This document shows positions 9,853 through 20,916 of a stretch of 64,000 nucleotides of DNA, in pieces. Each line of letters begins with the position of its first letter. Position 1 is the first letter of the stretch. The position numbers were made by a program, and so were the translations under genes. Under the pieces are notes generated by a model, which saw only the letters and a program-made list of their open reading frames with translations, was not told the origin of the DNA and searched no databases. Source of the DNA: Microcoleus sp. (lineage in GTDB: Bacteria > Cyanobacteriota > Cyanobacteriia > Cyanobacteriales > Microcoleaceae); contig CP181291.1 of NCBI GenBank assembly GCA_052279835.1, forward strand, positions 5,984,001 through 6,048,000. The letters are read 5' to 3'.

Positions 9853-11730
9853 TTAACTCGAACAATGATAAACTTGATATTCATACCCATCAACAGCAGG
9901 CAATTTCCGCGATTCAACCTCACAACCTTGCGCTTTTAAATCCACAGGTGCACGAAAATTCACCAACCATAAATCGAGGGGACGCTGCAATTGAGTAAGT
10001 GTTTTCTCAAGTGTCCCTGAAGCTATTTCTGGTGTTTCCCTTTTCAGATTAGCCAAAAGAAATAAAGGAGAATCAAATGATTCCTTCCGCCCTTGGGTGG
10101 GATTCTGATTCCTTCCCCCCTTGGGGGGGGTTGGGGGGGGTGCTTCCGACTTCCCCCCAACAGCGCCATTCTGACTGGTTCCCCCCTTGGGGGGGGTTGG
10201 GGGGGGTTCTTGTTCCCTCTTCCTAATTTCCCACCCAATACCCATCACTTCCCCGATTTCCACATGAGTCTTTTGAGTAGTAGCAATCAACACCGGAACT
10301 TGTGATACTTCGCGGATAATGGGCACCAAAAGATCGGGTTTGTAATACTTCCGATAACCCAGATTAGAATTTACTGTAACACCACTCACAAAACCCATTA
10401 ATAAAATTAGTAAAACAGCTTTTTTCCCAGAAGTTTCGATAGCTCCGTAATTAAACCATTGACTTTTTACTGTAGGTGTGTTAAAGAGAACTGCCAAGGC
10501 TGCTCCTAACAATAAAATCACCCCTGGAAAGTAAACAAAATTGTATCTAGCGCCACGAGTGAGGTCAATATCAAGAATATATTTAAAACTAAAGAATAGG
10601 AAAATTGCTCCTACTACAAACCAGCAAAAAATGATAGTACCTAAAACAGTATCCGGGTTTTTTAAAGCAGTTTTAATCGCTCCAAACACCAAGGGAAGCG
10701 CCCAGACAAAAAAGATAGTCATCCCGATCGCCGATGCAATCACTACTGCCAGATTTGACGATTCCACGGGTAACAAAGATATCACAGTAATCCATCCAGC
10801 CAAAGCTTGAAAAATTGGACTAATCCAATTCAACCAAGTGCGATCGCCGCTAACAATCCAATTAGTTAATTCACTGCCATATTTATTTGAAAAAAATATG
10901 GGAACCCATATTAATCCCCCGGCAGCCGTACCGCTAGCCACTGCCAATAATCGCCAGATATTTTTAGATTTACCGAAAGGAGAGTGATTTTTTTTAAATT
11001 CATTTTCTAGTTTAAAAAAAATAGGATATTTTTCATTATATGAGTGGGCGATTACAGCAGTTAACGCTATTGCTTCCGCACATAAAGTGAGAACAAAAAA
11101 GTAGTGACTGGCTATTCCCAAACAGTTAAACATTAACCATATTGCCACAGCCCAAAGAGGAATTAGCGCCCGTTGTTGGATGCGTTTAATACTTAAAATC
11201 AAGCAAAATAAAGAAGCAATAACTAATAAAATTCCTAAAGTGTAATGTCTAGCTTCTTGAGCGAGATAAATACCGTAGGGAGAAACTGCCATCATCGCAG
11301 CAGCACATTGACCAACTAGAGGAGAATTAAACGCAAATTTGCCCAAAAAGTAAATAGCTGGAACGGAAATTACACCCAATAAAGCTGGGAGCGATCGCCC
11401 AATCCAGACTAAACTATCGGCAGAAGGTCTAAACAACTCCATCCACCAGTGAGCCAGCATAAAATAAACCGGAGGATGATTGCTTTCTAGCAGTAAATTA
11501 TGCAGCACATCGCCAGTGGTAGCAGTGGGACTCCATTGCAGCGGTTCCAGTAAACTAGAAAGAGCGATCGCCCGATCGATCGGCACACCTCGAAAACTAT
11601 TGCCCAAACTAAAAACTAAAGTGGAAAACTCATCCGTCCACAGTGGTTTCGAGTCCAAATTGGCAAATCGCAACATCAAGGCGATCGCCATCCACAGTAA
11701 TAGCAATAATAATTGTTTATTCTTAATCAT
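9853..11730 (-). CDS. membrane glycosyltransferase, family 39 / PMT-like
   Basis: LWTDE, HPPVYF, AQEARHY motifs; many TM helices. Confidence 0.85.
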   Translation of the reverse strand: MIKNKQLLLLLLWMAIALMLRFANLDSKPLWTDEFSTLVFSLGNSFRGVPIDRAIALSSLLEPLQWSPTATTGDVLHNLLLESNHPPVYFMLAHWWMELFRPSADSLVWIGRSLPALLGVISVPAIYFLGKFAFNSPLVGQCAAAMMAVSPYGIYLAQEARHYTLGILLVIASLFCLILSIKRIQQRALIPLWAVAIWLMFNCLGIASHYFFVLTLCAEAIALTAVIAHSYNEKYPIFFKLENEFKKNHSPFGKSKNIWRLLAVASGTAAGGLIWVPIFFSNKYGSELTNWIVSGDRTWLNWISPIFQALAGWITVISLLPVESSNLAVVIASAIGMTIFFVWALPLVFGAIKTALKNPDTVLGTIIFCWFVVGAIFLFFSFKYILDIDLTRGARYNFVYFPGVILLLGAALAVLFNTPTVKSQWFNYGAIETSGKKAVLLILLMGFVSGVTVNSNLGYRKYYKPDLLVPIIREVSQVPVLIATTQKTHVEIGEVMGIGWEIRKREQEPPPTPPKGGTSQNGAVGGKSEAPPPTPPKGGRNQNPTQGRKESFDSPLFLLANLKRETPEIASGTLEKTLTQLQRPLDLWLVNFRAPVDLKAQGCEVESRKLPAVDGYEYQVYHCSS

Positions 11731-11911
11731 TCATTTAATAAGAAGGAAAGGGAAGTCGAACAGTGCCTAGCCCCCATCACAGACCATTTTATCCGCATTT
11801 GGGGCCATCGGAGGGCGGGCACGGGGCACGACCCCTACAAGCGAATGAAACAGCCATGCCCTGGGGGGCTGGATGGAGTAGCCCGATTCCCCATTCCCAA
11901 TGCCCAATTTT

Positions 11912-13126
11912 TTAATTAACATCCGTCACCCGCCAACTCAGCTTCATATTAATCCAGAAATTCCACAACGTAACCGCCACGATCGCAATTAAATTAGCCA
12001 AATATTCATTCATCCCAAAAATATTAAACATCACATTCACCAGCAGCACATTCAAAATCAAACCCATCAAGCAAATCGTATTAAATTTCAACAGTCGTTT
12101 CAAGCGTTGGCGATTGCCTCGCTGCCGCCTAGAAATTTCCCCAAAAGTCCATAGATCGTTCCACAAAAAGTTACTAACAATTGCCAATTCCGCAGCCACA
12201 ATCAAACTGCGAGTCAGCTCCAAATTGCAGAAATTTCGCAGCACGTACAAAGCCGCCATATTCACAAACACCCCGCTGAAACCCACTAAACCAAATCGTA
12301 TAAACTTGCCCATGGGCCAGCGGGCAAACCGCAACCGGAGCAAATGTCGCAAATACTCAATATACTGTTTCCAGGTAACTTTGCTCTCCCCTTCTTGGCG
12401 CTCCTGAAACACATAACCAACTTCTCCAATCCAGCGGATATCCCCTCTGCCGAGCACTTCAATCAAAATTTTGTAACCGGCGGGATTCAGCGTTTTGCCC
12501 GCAATACAACTACGGCGCACCATAAAATAGCCGCTCATGGGATCGGAAACCCTGCCCACAACTCCCGGTAGTATCACCAATCCCAAAGTCTGAGCTCCCC
12601 GCGATAAAAATCGCCGGATCATACTCCAGTCGCTGACTCCACCTTCGGCAACGTGGCGACTAGCAGCGGCTAAATCCGCTCCCCGTTTAATCTCTGCCAA
12701 AAGATCCAACAGCGTCTCTGGCGGATGTTGCAAGTCAGCATCGATTACGCCCAAAACCTCACCTCTGGCGGCTTGCCATCCCCTAATCACCGCTGTAGAA
12801 AGCCCTCGCTCGTGCTCGCGTCGCATCACGCGCAATTGCGGATAGTCGGGTTTCAGGGATAGGGCAACTTCCCAGGTGCGATCGGGGCTGTCGTCATCCA
12901 CTACAATCATCTCGTAGTCACTGACAAGGCTACCATCAAGCAATTGGCTCAGTTTTTCGACAATTGTTTTGATATTTTGGCACTCGTTGTAGGTGGGAAT
13001 TATCAGGGAAAAATAAATAGGCGGTTCCCCTGTTGTGGCAGAATTTGAAGCTACAGTCGGTGCAGCCGGAATTTCCAAAGGGTTCGTCGGTACTGGCAAG
13101 AGCTGATTTACTTGATTTAAGTTCAT
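11912..13126 (-). CDS. glycosyltransferase family 2 (polyprenol-phosphate mannosyltransferase-like) with C-terminal GtrA domain
   Basis: IIPTYNE, VVDDDSPD, DADLQHPPE, DPMSG; RFGLVG...NFLWN..WTF GtrA region. Confidence 0.9.
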   Translation of the reverse strand: MNLNQVNQLLPVPTNPLEIPAAPTVASNSATTGEPPIYFSLIIPTYNECQNIKTIVEKLSQLLDGSLVSDYEMIVVDDDSPDRTWEVALSLKPDYPQLRVMRREHERGLSTAVIRGWQAARGEVLGVIDADLQHPPETLLDLLAEIKRGADLAAASRHVAEGGVSDWSMIRRFLSRGAQTLGLVILPGVVGRVSDPMSGYFMVRRSCIAGKTLNPAGYKILIEVLGRGDIRWIGEVGYVFQERQEGESKVTWKQYIEYLRHLLRLRFARWPMGKFIRFGLVGFSGVFVNMAALYVLRNFCNLELTRSLIVAAELAIVSNFLWNDLWTFGEISRRQRGNRQRLKRLLKFNTICLMGLILNVLLVNVMFNIFGMNEYLANLIAIVAVTLWNFWINMKLSWRVTDVN

Positions 13127-13267
13127 AGTTCCTGTTTTCCGAAAGTAAAATATGTTGTGCGATGACTGTAGACTTGAGAATATGTTTCGTCTAGAGTTGG
13201 TTTGTTAAAATCTAAGAACGCCTGTAATTCTAGGTCGTGATTCTGTAACTGAGCTGGAAAATAAACT

Positions 13268-14419
13268 GTGGATGCCATTCTCGATCGCGCTTTACAAGGT
13301 TATAACCTCTCCACCGCAGAGGCCTTGGTACTTTTGCAGCAAACAGAGCCAAATGCGCGAGCTGCGATTCAAACAACTGCTGACTTGCTCCGTCGCCGAC
13401 AATCAGGAGATGTTGTCACCTATGTTATCAACCGCAATATTAATTTCACCAATATTTGCGAGCAGCATTGCAGTTTTTGTGCATTCCGCCGCAATCAGGA
13501 AGATGAGGGCGCTTTTTGGTTAGACTGGGCCCAAATCCTGGAAAAAGCTACAGACGCAGTGCAGCGGGGTGCTACAGAAATTTGTATGCAGGGGGGATTA
13601 CATCTTAACGCCAAACTCAATGGCGCATCTTTGCCTTATTATCTGCAATTGGTGAAAATAATTAAAGATGAGTTCCCTCAATTACATTTGCACGCTTTTT
13701 CGCCACAAGAAATACAATTCATTGCCAGGGAAGATGGCCTGAGTTTCAGCTATGTAATTTCGGCTTTGCGAGATGCGGGAGTTGGTTCCATGCCCGGCAC
13801 CGCAGCGGAAATTCTTGACGATGGAGTACGACGCATTATTTGCCCGGAAAAAACAGATGCGGCAACTTGGCTGGAAATTGTTGGTACGGCTCACAGTTTG
13901 GGATTGCCAACAACCAGTACCATGCTTTGTGGCCATATTGAAACTGCCGAACAGCAGGTTTTGCATCTAGAAAAAGTGCGATCGCTCCAACAAAGTGCGA
14001 TCGACCAAAACTATCCAGCTAGCATTACAGAATTTATTTTATTGCCCTTTGTCGGACAGCAAGCACCAGCACCTTTGCGCAGTCGAGTCGGCCGCGATCA
14101 ACCAGTTTTAGCAGATACATTATTACTCACCGCCGTATCCAGAATCTTCTTAGGAAATTTAATTCCCAATCATCAACCAAGTTGGGTGAAATTAGGTTTA
14201 GATGGAGCTACAGAAGCCCTGAAATGGGGTTGCAATGACATTGGTGGCACATTGATGGAAGAGCACATCACTACCATGGCTGGTGCAGTTGGTGGTAGTT
14301 GTCAATCCGTCGAAGATTTGCAAAATGCGATTAGTTCTTTGGGGCGGAGTTATCAACAAAGAGATACAATTTATCGAACAATAGGGGTTGACAATTGTGC
14401 AGAAATAGGTGTTATTTGA
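13268..14419 (+). CDS. cofH: FO synthase subunit CofH (radical SAM)
   Basis: [19 protein letters not shown]xxxCxx[22 protein letters not shown]. Confidence 0.92.
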   Translation: MDAILDRALQGYNLSTAEALVLLQQTEPNARAAIQTTADLLRRRQSGDVVTYVINRNINFTNICEQHCSFCAFRRNQEDEGAFWLDWAQILEKATDAVQRGATEICMQGGLHLNAKLNGASLPYYLQLVKIIKDEFPQLHLHAFSPQEIQFIAREDGLSFSYVISALRDAGVGSMPGTAAEILDDGVRRIICPEKTDAATWLEIVGTAHSLGLPTTSTMLCGHIETAEQQVLHLEKVRSLQQSAIDQNYPASITEFILLPFVGQQAPAPLRSRVGRDQPVLADTLLLTAVSRIFLGNLIPNHQPSWVKLGLDGATEALKWGCNDIGGTLMEEHITTMAGAVGGSCQSVEDLQNAISSLGRSYQQRDTIYRTIGVDNCAEIGVI

Positions 14420-15708
14420 AATACTCACCGTCGTGAACGAGCGGTGATTCTTGACACTTCATCGGATGAAGCTACCGGAGTAGTCTTACTCTTCCTCTGT
14501 GTCCGTTTAGAGTCGTGGCGATTCCCCATCCCGACTTGATTTATATTTTTTGCTGCATTCTCGTCTCTATCGTGCTCAATACCACAGCTTAGACAAAGCA
14601 CCGAACGAATAGAAAGGTATAATTTACCCCATTTAAAACCACAGTCGGAACAGACTTGGCTCGTAGGTTCCCAGCGACTAATTACCCTAAACTCACGCCC
14701 AAACTTCTCCGATTTAGCTTCACAAAGGGAACGAAATTCGTACCAACCTTGTTGATTAATTACCAGGGCTAATTTGCGATTCTTGACCATTCCTGACACA
14801 TTCAAATCCTCCAAAATAATTGTTTGGTTTTCACTGACTACTTTGGTTGATAGTTTTTGCAGGAAATCTTGACGCAAGTCAGCAATTCGATTGTGCGTTT
14901 TGGCTATTTTAATTCGAGTTTTATGCCTGCGTTTTGAGTCTTTCTGCTGTCGGGCTAGCTGTTTCTGAAGTTTACGAACTTTTTTGTCTAGCTTTTTACA
15001 GCTAGGGCTTTTAGCTTTCCCTCCATCACTCATTACCGCAAAGGTTTTAATCCCTAAATCAATACCGACGCTCATGTGTTTAGCTTCGACTTGAACGGGT
15101 TCAACCTCCACCACGAAACTCAAGAAGTAACGGTTGGCACAATCTTTAATGACCGTTACTGATGTCGGATCGGATGGTAGTTCTCTCGACCAAATAGGCT
15201 TAATATTGCCAACTTTAGCTAGATAGACTTCCTCCCCTTTAATTGAAAAACCGCCAATCCTAAAACGTGCCGACTGACTGTTCGTGCGTTTCTTGAACTT
15301 GGGATACCCAACCTTGCGCCCCTTCCTTTTGCCTTTGCAAGACTGAAAAAAGTTCTTAAAAGCTGTTTCCAGATCTGCTACAGATTGTTGTAACGGGATA
15401 TTCGATACTTCACTTAGCCAAGCTCTTTCAGTTGTCTGTTTCGCTTGAGTGATTACTACCTTTTGAAGTTCTGCCGATTTCGGCTTTTTCTCCGACTGCT
15501 TGCACAGTGCAAGAGCATCATTCCAGACTACGCGGACGCAACCAAACAACTGCGCTAAACTCTGTCGCTGTTGGTCTGTCGGATAGATTCTGTATCGATA
15601 CCTTGCTTTCATTATTTTTGCTTTTTACTTACTCTATTATACTAGGTCTTACACGATCGAGAAAAATTAAAGCCGTCTTGAAAGACGGGGCTTGTACCCA
15701 TTCTTTTG
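14416..15708 (-). mobile_element. IS200/IS605-family element carrying tnpB only
   Basis: On the minus strand, TTGAC precedes a left-end hairpin (GCCCCGTCTTTCAAGACGGC). The right end has a hairpin and ends ..GAGTATTTCAA. Both ends match the element at 17889-19388. Confidence 0.85.
14425..15612 (-). CDS. tnpB: RNA-guided endonuclease TnpB
   Basis: MKARYRYRIYPT HTH, GIDLG, ILEDL, CSDCG/CLSCG zinc finger, DRDENAA; RuvC D-E-D intact. Confidence 0.95.
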   Translation of the reverse strand: MKARYRYRIYPTDQQRQSLAQLFGCVRVVWNDALALCKQSEKKPKSAELQKVVITQAKQTTERAWLSEVSNIPLQQSVADLETAFKNFFQSCKGKRKGRKVGYPKFKKRTNSQSARFRIGGFSIKGEEVYLAKVGNIKPIWSRELPSDPTSVTVIKDCANRYFLSFVVEVEPVQVEAKHMSVGIDLGIKTFAVMSDGGKAKSPSCKKLDKKVRKLQKQLARQQKDSKRRHKTRIKIAKTHNRIADLRQDFLQKLSTKVVSENQTIILEDLNVSGMVKNRKLALVINQQGWYEFRSLCEAKSEKFGREFRVISRWEPTSQVCSDCGFKWGKLYLSIRSVLCLSCGIEHDRDENAAKNINQVGMGNRHDSKRTQRKSKTTPVASSDEVSRITARSRR

Positions 15709-15740
15709 GTCAAGTCCGGCTAATTGCTAATCCTTTACGG

Positions 15741-17483
15741 TTACCCACTAATCAAACCCGAAATAACCTGTTGTAACTGAGAAATCGTCCGATCTTGTTG
15801 TTCTCCAGTTTGCTCAATGCGATCGAGTTCCCCCCCCACAGCTTCCAACTTTTGACGCAGCCCACTCAAATTATCCTGCACCGGCTGCAACATTTCTTGA
15901 TAAACATTCACCCTGCCCCAGAGTTCCGCCACAGCACTTTTCTGGTTAAACAAATTCTGCTCCAACTGTTTAATTTCCTGGCGTTGACCCTCCAGTTCCC
16001 CAGTTTTGCGGTTAACATTGCCATCATTTTGAGCTATGGCTTGTCGTAACTGCTGAATTTCCTGCTCCAGTTTCTGCAAATCTTGCTGCTGCTGCTGGCG
16101 CTGACTTTCCAATTGTGCGATGACCGGCCCCAAATCAATCTGTCCCTCTCGCGATGCTGGATTAGCAGTACCCAAGCGTTTCCAAAGCACCGCCTGATGT
16201 TGCTTCAAAATACTCTCCCGTTCCTGCAAGCGCAGTCGTTGTCCCACGAGAGTTTCATTCAACATCTGATAACTTTCGAGTTCATCGGCCATTTCATTTT
16301 CCAACGCCATGCGATCGTACTCGCTAGCAGCTTGAATTTTCGCTTGCAATTCCTCGATAGTCTGCTGCTGGAGAGTCAACTCCTCCTCTTGATCGTTAAC
16401 AAACCGAAACACCTTTTCCAAATCCTGTTGCAAGTTTTGAACTAGCCCCTGCAACTCATCTATCGACATTTTCTCCAGAGCTTGCACATCTACTTGCTGC
16501 TCTGTAGCCACAGCCCCAAAACCTTGAGCCATACCGGAAACTTGTCTCGTTAGAGCCTCCAGAGCCCTCACCTGGGCAGAAAACAACTGAAACTGTTCTT
16601 CCTTCGCACTCAACGTACTTTGCAGGCCCTTGCTCTCCACCTTGACTTGCGTCACAGCATCCACAGCTTGATACCACTCTTCCCAGCGGTGTTGGATATG
16701 GGGAAGTTGGCGATCGACCTCTGCTTGCTGCTGCTGAGCATTGGCCCGTTGTTGCTCCAACTGCTGCCAGTGTAGATCCAAAATTGCCTGTTGAGCCCCG
16801 ACGACACCAAAAGACTGATTCAATTGTTCCCGCACCCCTTGAGCCGAAGCAATCGCCCCCGAAAGCTTGTTCATTAACTCCTGAATTCTACGGGCCTGTT
16901 CCTCATCTACCACCGCCCCTTGCTGAACCTGAGACTGTTGCTGCTCCACCCGCTGCTGCTCGCCCCGCAACTGTTCCCAAGCCATCTCCATTTCCACACG
17001 AGAGCGATCGACTTCTTCCCGCAATCGATGAGCTTCATCGCGAGTATTTTCAATTTCCGAGCGCTGCGCCTCCAGCCGCTCCAACTCATCCACCATTTGA
17101 GCCAACTGCTCTTCGCGGGCTTGCATTTCCATTTCCCGGCGATTTAGTTCCTGACTCGAAAAAGTCAGAGAAGCCTTCCACTGCTCAATTTCCTCTTCCT
17201 TATCCTTAAACTTATCCTGTAAACGCGAGAAATTTTGGAGAATACTCACCAATTGACGCGCAGCTTCCTGAATTCGCTGCACCTGCTTGCTAGCGCTTAA
17301 CTCCACCAGCACCAGGGTGCCGTCGTTAAACTTATTAGCTTCCTCCACTGGAATCACATCATCCCCAGGTACAGCGCTCCAATTATGTTCGCCCCGCTGA
17401 CAAGCTAGCAGTTTTAGTTCAGCCTTACCGCCACCGAGACCAAAGCCGCTTCTCTGTTTTTGTACTTCTGCTAGATACAGCAC
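15741..17483 (-). CDS. hmpF: pilus motility taxis protein HmpF (coiled coil)
   Basis: GTG start (MLYLAEVQKQ) with AGAGGA RBS; ELKLLACQR, EEIEQWKASLTF; divergent from a PatA/Che cluster. Confidence 0.85.
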   Translation of the reverse strand: MLYLAEVQKQRSGFGLGGGKAELKLLACQRGEHNWSAVPGDDVIPVEEANKFNDGTLVLVELSASKQVQRIQEAARQLVSILQNFSRLQDKFKDKEEEIEQWKASLTFSSQELNRREMEMQAREEQLAQMVDELERLEAQRSEIENTRDEAHRLREEVDRSRVEMEMAWEQLRGEQQRVEQQQSQVQQGAVVDEEQARRIQELMNKLSGAIASAQGVREQLNQSFGVVGAQQAILDLHWQQLEQQRANAQQQQAEVDRQLPHIQHRWEEWYQAVDAVTQVKVESKGLQSTLSAKEEQFQLFSAQVRALEALTRQVSGMAQGFGAVATEQQVDVQALEKMSIDELQGLVQNLQQDLEKVFRFVNDQEEELTLQQQTIEELQAKIQAASEYDRMALENEMADELESYQMLNETLVGQRLRLQERESILKQHQAVLWKRLGTANPASREGQIDLGPVIAQLESQRQQQQQDLQKLEQEIQQLRQAIAQNDGNVNRKTGELEGQRQEIKQLEQNLFNQKSAVAELWGRVNVYQEMLQPVQDNLSGLRQKLEAVGGELDRIEQTGEQQDRTISQLQQVISGLISG

Positions 17484-17917
17484 GCTGATAGTCCTCTCTT
17501 TGGTGTCGTTTGCGCAATTTGTCGATAGCAGTATCCGTTCTGTGAAAGCCGATCGCATCTACTCTCAGCAGACTCAATCTTCACTTCCTGCTTCACCCTG
17601 AGGAGTCGGCTCCTTCCAGTCCACAGGCGTAATTTCGGGCTAAACTCTCCCTAATCTCATGTAGTAATCTCTAAAGATTAACCCTTCCCAACTTTAGCAG
17701 CAAGCGACAGCAATGCTCGACTTGGAGCGTCAATCAAGCCTTATCTACGACTTTCTCAACTTCTCCTAGGCACAATCAATGCCACTTTCTTAAAAAGAAT
17801 AGCAAAACTGCGGAGACTGCCATCACCAAAAGTTAAAAAATTTAACAGCCGGTATTAGCCCTCTATGTTTGGCTCTACTCCTTTTGACAAAAAAAATGGG
17901 ATACAAGCCCCGTCCTT

Positions 17918-18219
17918 TTAGGACGGCTTTTCTTGATTTATAATATACTCTTTCAAGACTTCCAATGGTGCGCCGCCTACAGAAACCGCAAAATAACTAG
18001 GACTCCATAAAGCCTCTTTGTGGGGCTTGGGGTATCCAGCCTGTCCGTAGCGACGACTAGAAACCCCTTTCAATGCGTTCACCATCTGAGAGATCGAAAG
18101 CTTTGGTGGATACTCAATCAGCGCATGAACCTGATTACCTTCGCCATTGAACTCCAGAACCTGAAAATTCATTTTTTCAGCAACCTCTCGAAAGGACTTT
18201 TCAATCAAATCAATACTTT
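17918..18219 (-). pseudogene. tnpA: IS200/IS605 Y1 transposase TnpA, 5'-truncated, HUH motif degenerate
   Basis: LKGVSSR, LWSPSYF, YIINQ present. N-terminus missing; NQVH instead of xHVH. Confidence 0.8.
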
Positions 18220-19317
18220 ACCAGCCAGCAGCAACAAAGTTTGGCTCAACTGTTTGGCTGCGTGCGGGTAGTCTGGAACAATGCTCTTGCTATTTGTAAG
18301 CAGTCTGAGAAAAAGCCGAGTTCAGCGGATTTGCAAAAAATCGTTATTACTCAGGCTAAGAATACCGAAGAAAGGGCTTGGCTAAGAGGTGTGTCTTGCG
18401 TCCCGTTGCAACAATCAGTTGCCGACTTGGATGTTGCATTTAAAAAATTTTTCAACTCCTGTAAAGGAAAAAGAAAGGGGCGTAAAGTTGGATACCCTAA
18501 GTTCAAGAAAAGAACTAGCAGCCAGTCGGCACGTTTTAGAGTTGGAGGATTTTCCTTGAAAGGTGATGGAATTTATCTAGCCAAGATTGGAATTGTTAAT
18601 CCAATCTGGTCGAGAGAGTTGCCATCTGAACCTAGCTCTGTCACGGTAATTAAGGACTGTGCAAACCGTTATTTCCTGAGTTTTGTTGTAGAGGTTCAAC
18701 CGATTCAGGTCGAGGCAAAGAATCCAAGCATCGGAATCGACGATCTAGGGATAAAAACTTTGGCAGTAATGAGTAATGACGAAAAAGCCGAAAGTCCTAG
18801 CTATAAAAAGCTAGACCGGAAAGTTCGCAAGCTGCAACGGAAATTAGCGCGTCAACCAAAAGATTCTAGGAGAAGAAATGTAACTCGCATTAGAATTGCC
18901 AAGTTGCACAATCAAATCGCCGATACTCGCAAAGATTTCCTGCACAAGTTGTCAGCCAAAATAGTTAACGAAAACCAAGTGATTGTTTTGGAAGACCTCA
19001 ATGTATCTGGGATGATCAAGAATCGGAAACTTTCTCGTGCAATTAGTCAGCAAGGATGGTACGAATTTAGAAGGCTTTGCGAGGCTAAATCTGAGAAGTT
19101 TGGCAGAGAGTTCAAGGTGATTAGCCGCTGGGAACCCACCAGTCAAGTGTGTGCAGACTGTGGGTTTAAATGGGGTAAAATCGATTTGTCTATTCGCTCA
19201 GTTCTATGCTTAAGTTGTGATACCGAGCAAGATAGAGACGAGAATGCTGCTAGGAATATAGAAAAAGTCGGGATGGGGAATCGCCACGACTCGCTTTCGG
19301 GCGCTGAGGGACTGTAA
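18220..19317 (+). pseudogene. tnpB: TnpB, 5'-truncated
   Basis: Begins at TSQQQQSLAQLFGC, lacking the MKARY..IYP start seen in the 14425-15612 copy. GIDDLG has an extra codon. Confidence 0.8.
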
Positions 19318-19710
19318 GACTGGCTTGCTAGCAAGACCCGATGAAGCGTCAAGAATCACCGCTGCTTCAGCGGGGGTGAGTATTTCAAAGTAGATTTAGT
19401 TACATTCCTAAATTTACCTGGTTAAATGTATCTATTCAATTAGGTTCTAGGTTCTGCTGAATGAGAGAGGGAGTATGTCACAATAGGGTAACGCCTTAGC
19501 CTGTTTCCTCCCAAGGGGCGAGCAAACAGAGATTCACCACCAACACCCTACAGCTAAACTAATGCTGGGGTGAATGGTTTTTTGAAGATTGGTCACAAAA
19601 TAGTTTGTTGTCGATGGAAATCTAGATGGGAAAAAAAAATTGAGTTCCCGCCACCAAATAGCATTTTTGAACTCAGACGCCAACGGTTTTAAGGAGAAAA
19701 TTTTAGCTCC

Positions 19711-20916
19711 ATGCAGGGAAATTTGAGTGAAATAGACATCCGCAGCATCCTGCAACTGATTGAGTTAGGTCAGCGAACCGGAGAACTGTTCGTAGAGACC
19801 TACAGCTCCTCCATAGGTGCCAGCACGGGTACTCACCCAACCCCGCGCTCCCCAGCCGGACAATCCTGGTATGTCTTCTGCTTCAACGGTCAGATTATTT
19901 ACGCTACCCAGAGTGCGGGAAGTTTGTTTCGCCTGCGGGACTACCTGCGCCGCTACAAAGCAGAAAAGGCCCTAGACAAAATCGAAGTTCCCTATATGGC
20001 TTCTACCAATGCTCCAGAATATGGCTACCTGTGGGCACTGCTAGAACAACACATCCTCACCCCAGCTCAAGGGCGCAACATTATCCACAGCATGATCCAC
20101 GAAACCCTATTTGACTTGCTCAGTCTCCATCAGGGTTCCTTTACCTTTGAAATGGGTTCTGCCTTAGCTCCTCAATTAACCAGCTTAGAAATTAGCTCCT
20201 TGCTGGCGAAAATTGTCAAACAGGTGCAGCAGTGGAAACAGTTTCACCCTCACATTCAGTCGCCCAACCAATGTCCGGTGATTTCAGACCCCACCGAGTT
20301 GCAAGTCGCCCTACCTGTCAATACTTTTAATACTCTCAAACGCTGGGCTGACGGCCGCACTTCGATCCGCCAAATGGCGCGCTACCTCAACCGGGATGTG
20401 TTGACTGTGGCTAAGGCAATTTATCCCTTCGTCCAGCAGGGATTGGTGCAGGTATTTTTTGAGTCTATTAGCCCAGCTAACAACAAAAAAGAATGGTCTT
20501 CCCCCAAAACCAAAGTTCCCATAGTTGTCTGTATTGACGATGACAATGTGATTCGCAAGACCGTAGAGTCGATTTTGAATGAACATGGCTACCAAGCAAC
20601 GGGCATCAGTAGTCCCCTCACCGCCCTGAGTTTAGTGTTTCAACTCAAACCCGATTTAATTTTGTGCGACATTGCCATGCCGGAACTAGACGGTCACGAA
20701 ATTTGCGCTATGCTACGTAGTTCTAGTGCTTTCCGACAGACACCCATCGTGATGTTAACGGGTATTGACGGATTTATCGATCGGGTTCAAGCTCGGATGG
20801 CGGGAGCTACTGAATACATCACCAAACCTTTTGGTGAAAACGAGTTATTAATGCTGGTAGAAAAATATGTGGGTCCTGGTTACCCAGAGGCGACAGTGAA
20901 GCTAGTGCCTAGCTAG
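19711..20916 (+). CDS. PatA-type response regulator (DUF4388 + receiver), PilG-like
   Basis: MQGNLSEIDIRSILQLIELGQRTG N-terminus; C-terminal REC (CIDDD, LCDIAMP, TKPF). Confidence 0.9.
   Translation: MQGNLSEIDIRSILQLIELGQRTGELFVETYSSSIGASTGTHPTPRSPAGQSWYVFCFNGQIIYATQSAGSLFRLRDYLRRYKAEKALDKIEVPYMASTNAPEYGYLWALLEQHILTPAQGRNIIHSMIHETLFDLLSLHQGSFTFEMGSALAPQLTSLEISSLLAKIVKQVQQWKQFHPHIQSPNQCPVISDPTELQVALPVNTFNTLKRWADGRTSIRQMARYLNRDVLTVAKAIYPFVQQGLVQVFFESISPANNKKEWSSPKTKVPIVVCIDDDNVIRKTVESILNEHGYQATGISSPLTALSLVFQLKPDLILCDIAMPELDGHEICAMLRSSSAFRQTPIVMLTGIDGFIDRVQARMAGATEYITKPFGENELLMLVEKYVGPGYPEATVKLVPS

Larger units (their letters stand above)
17889..19388 (+). mobile_element. IS200/IS605-family element (divergent tnpA/tnpB) with internal deletion
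   Basis: TTGAC at 17884-17888, left-end hairpin GCCCCGTCCTTTTAGGACGGC, right end ..GGTGAGTATTTCAA. Confidence 0.85.

Noticed and set aside
14416..19388. Composite transposon carrying hmpF
   Set aside because: The two IS605-type elements are in opposite orientation with left ends facing hmpF, each has its own TTGAC site, and hmpF is in its usual context.
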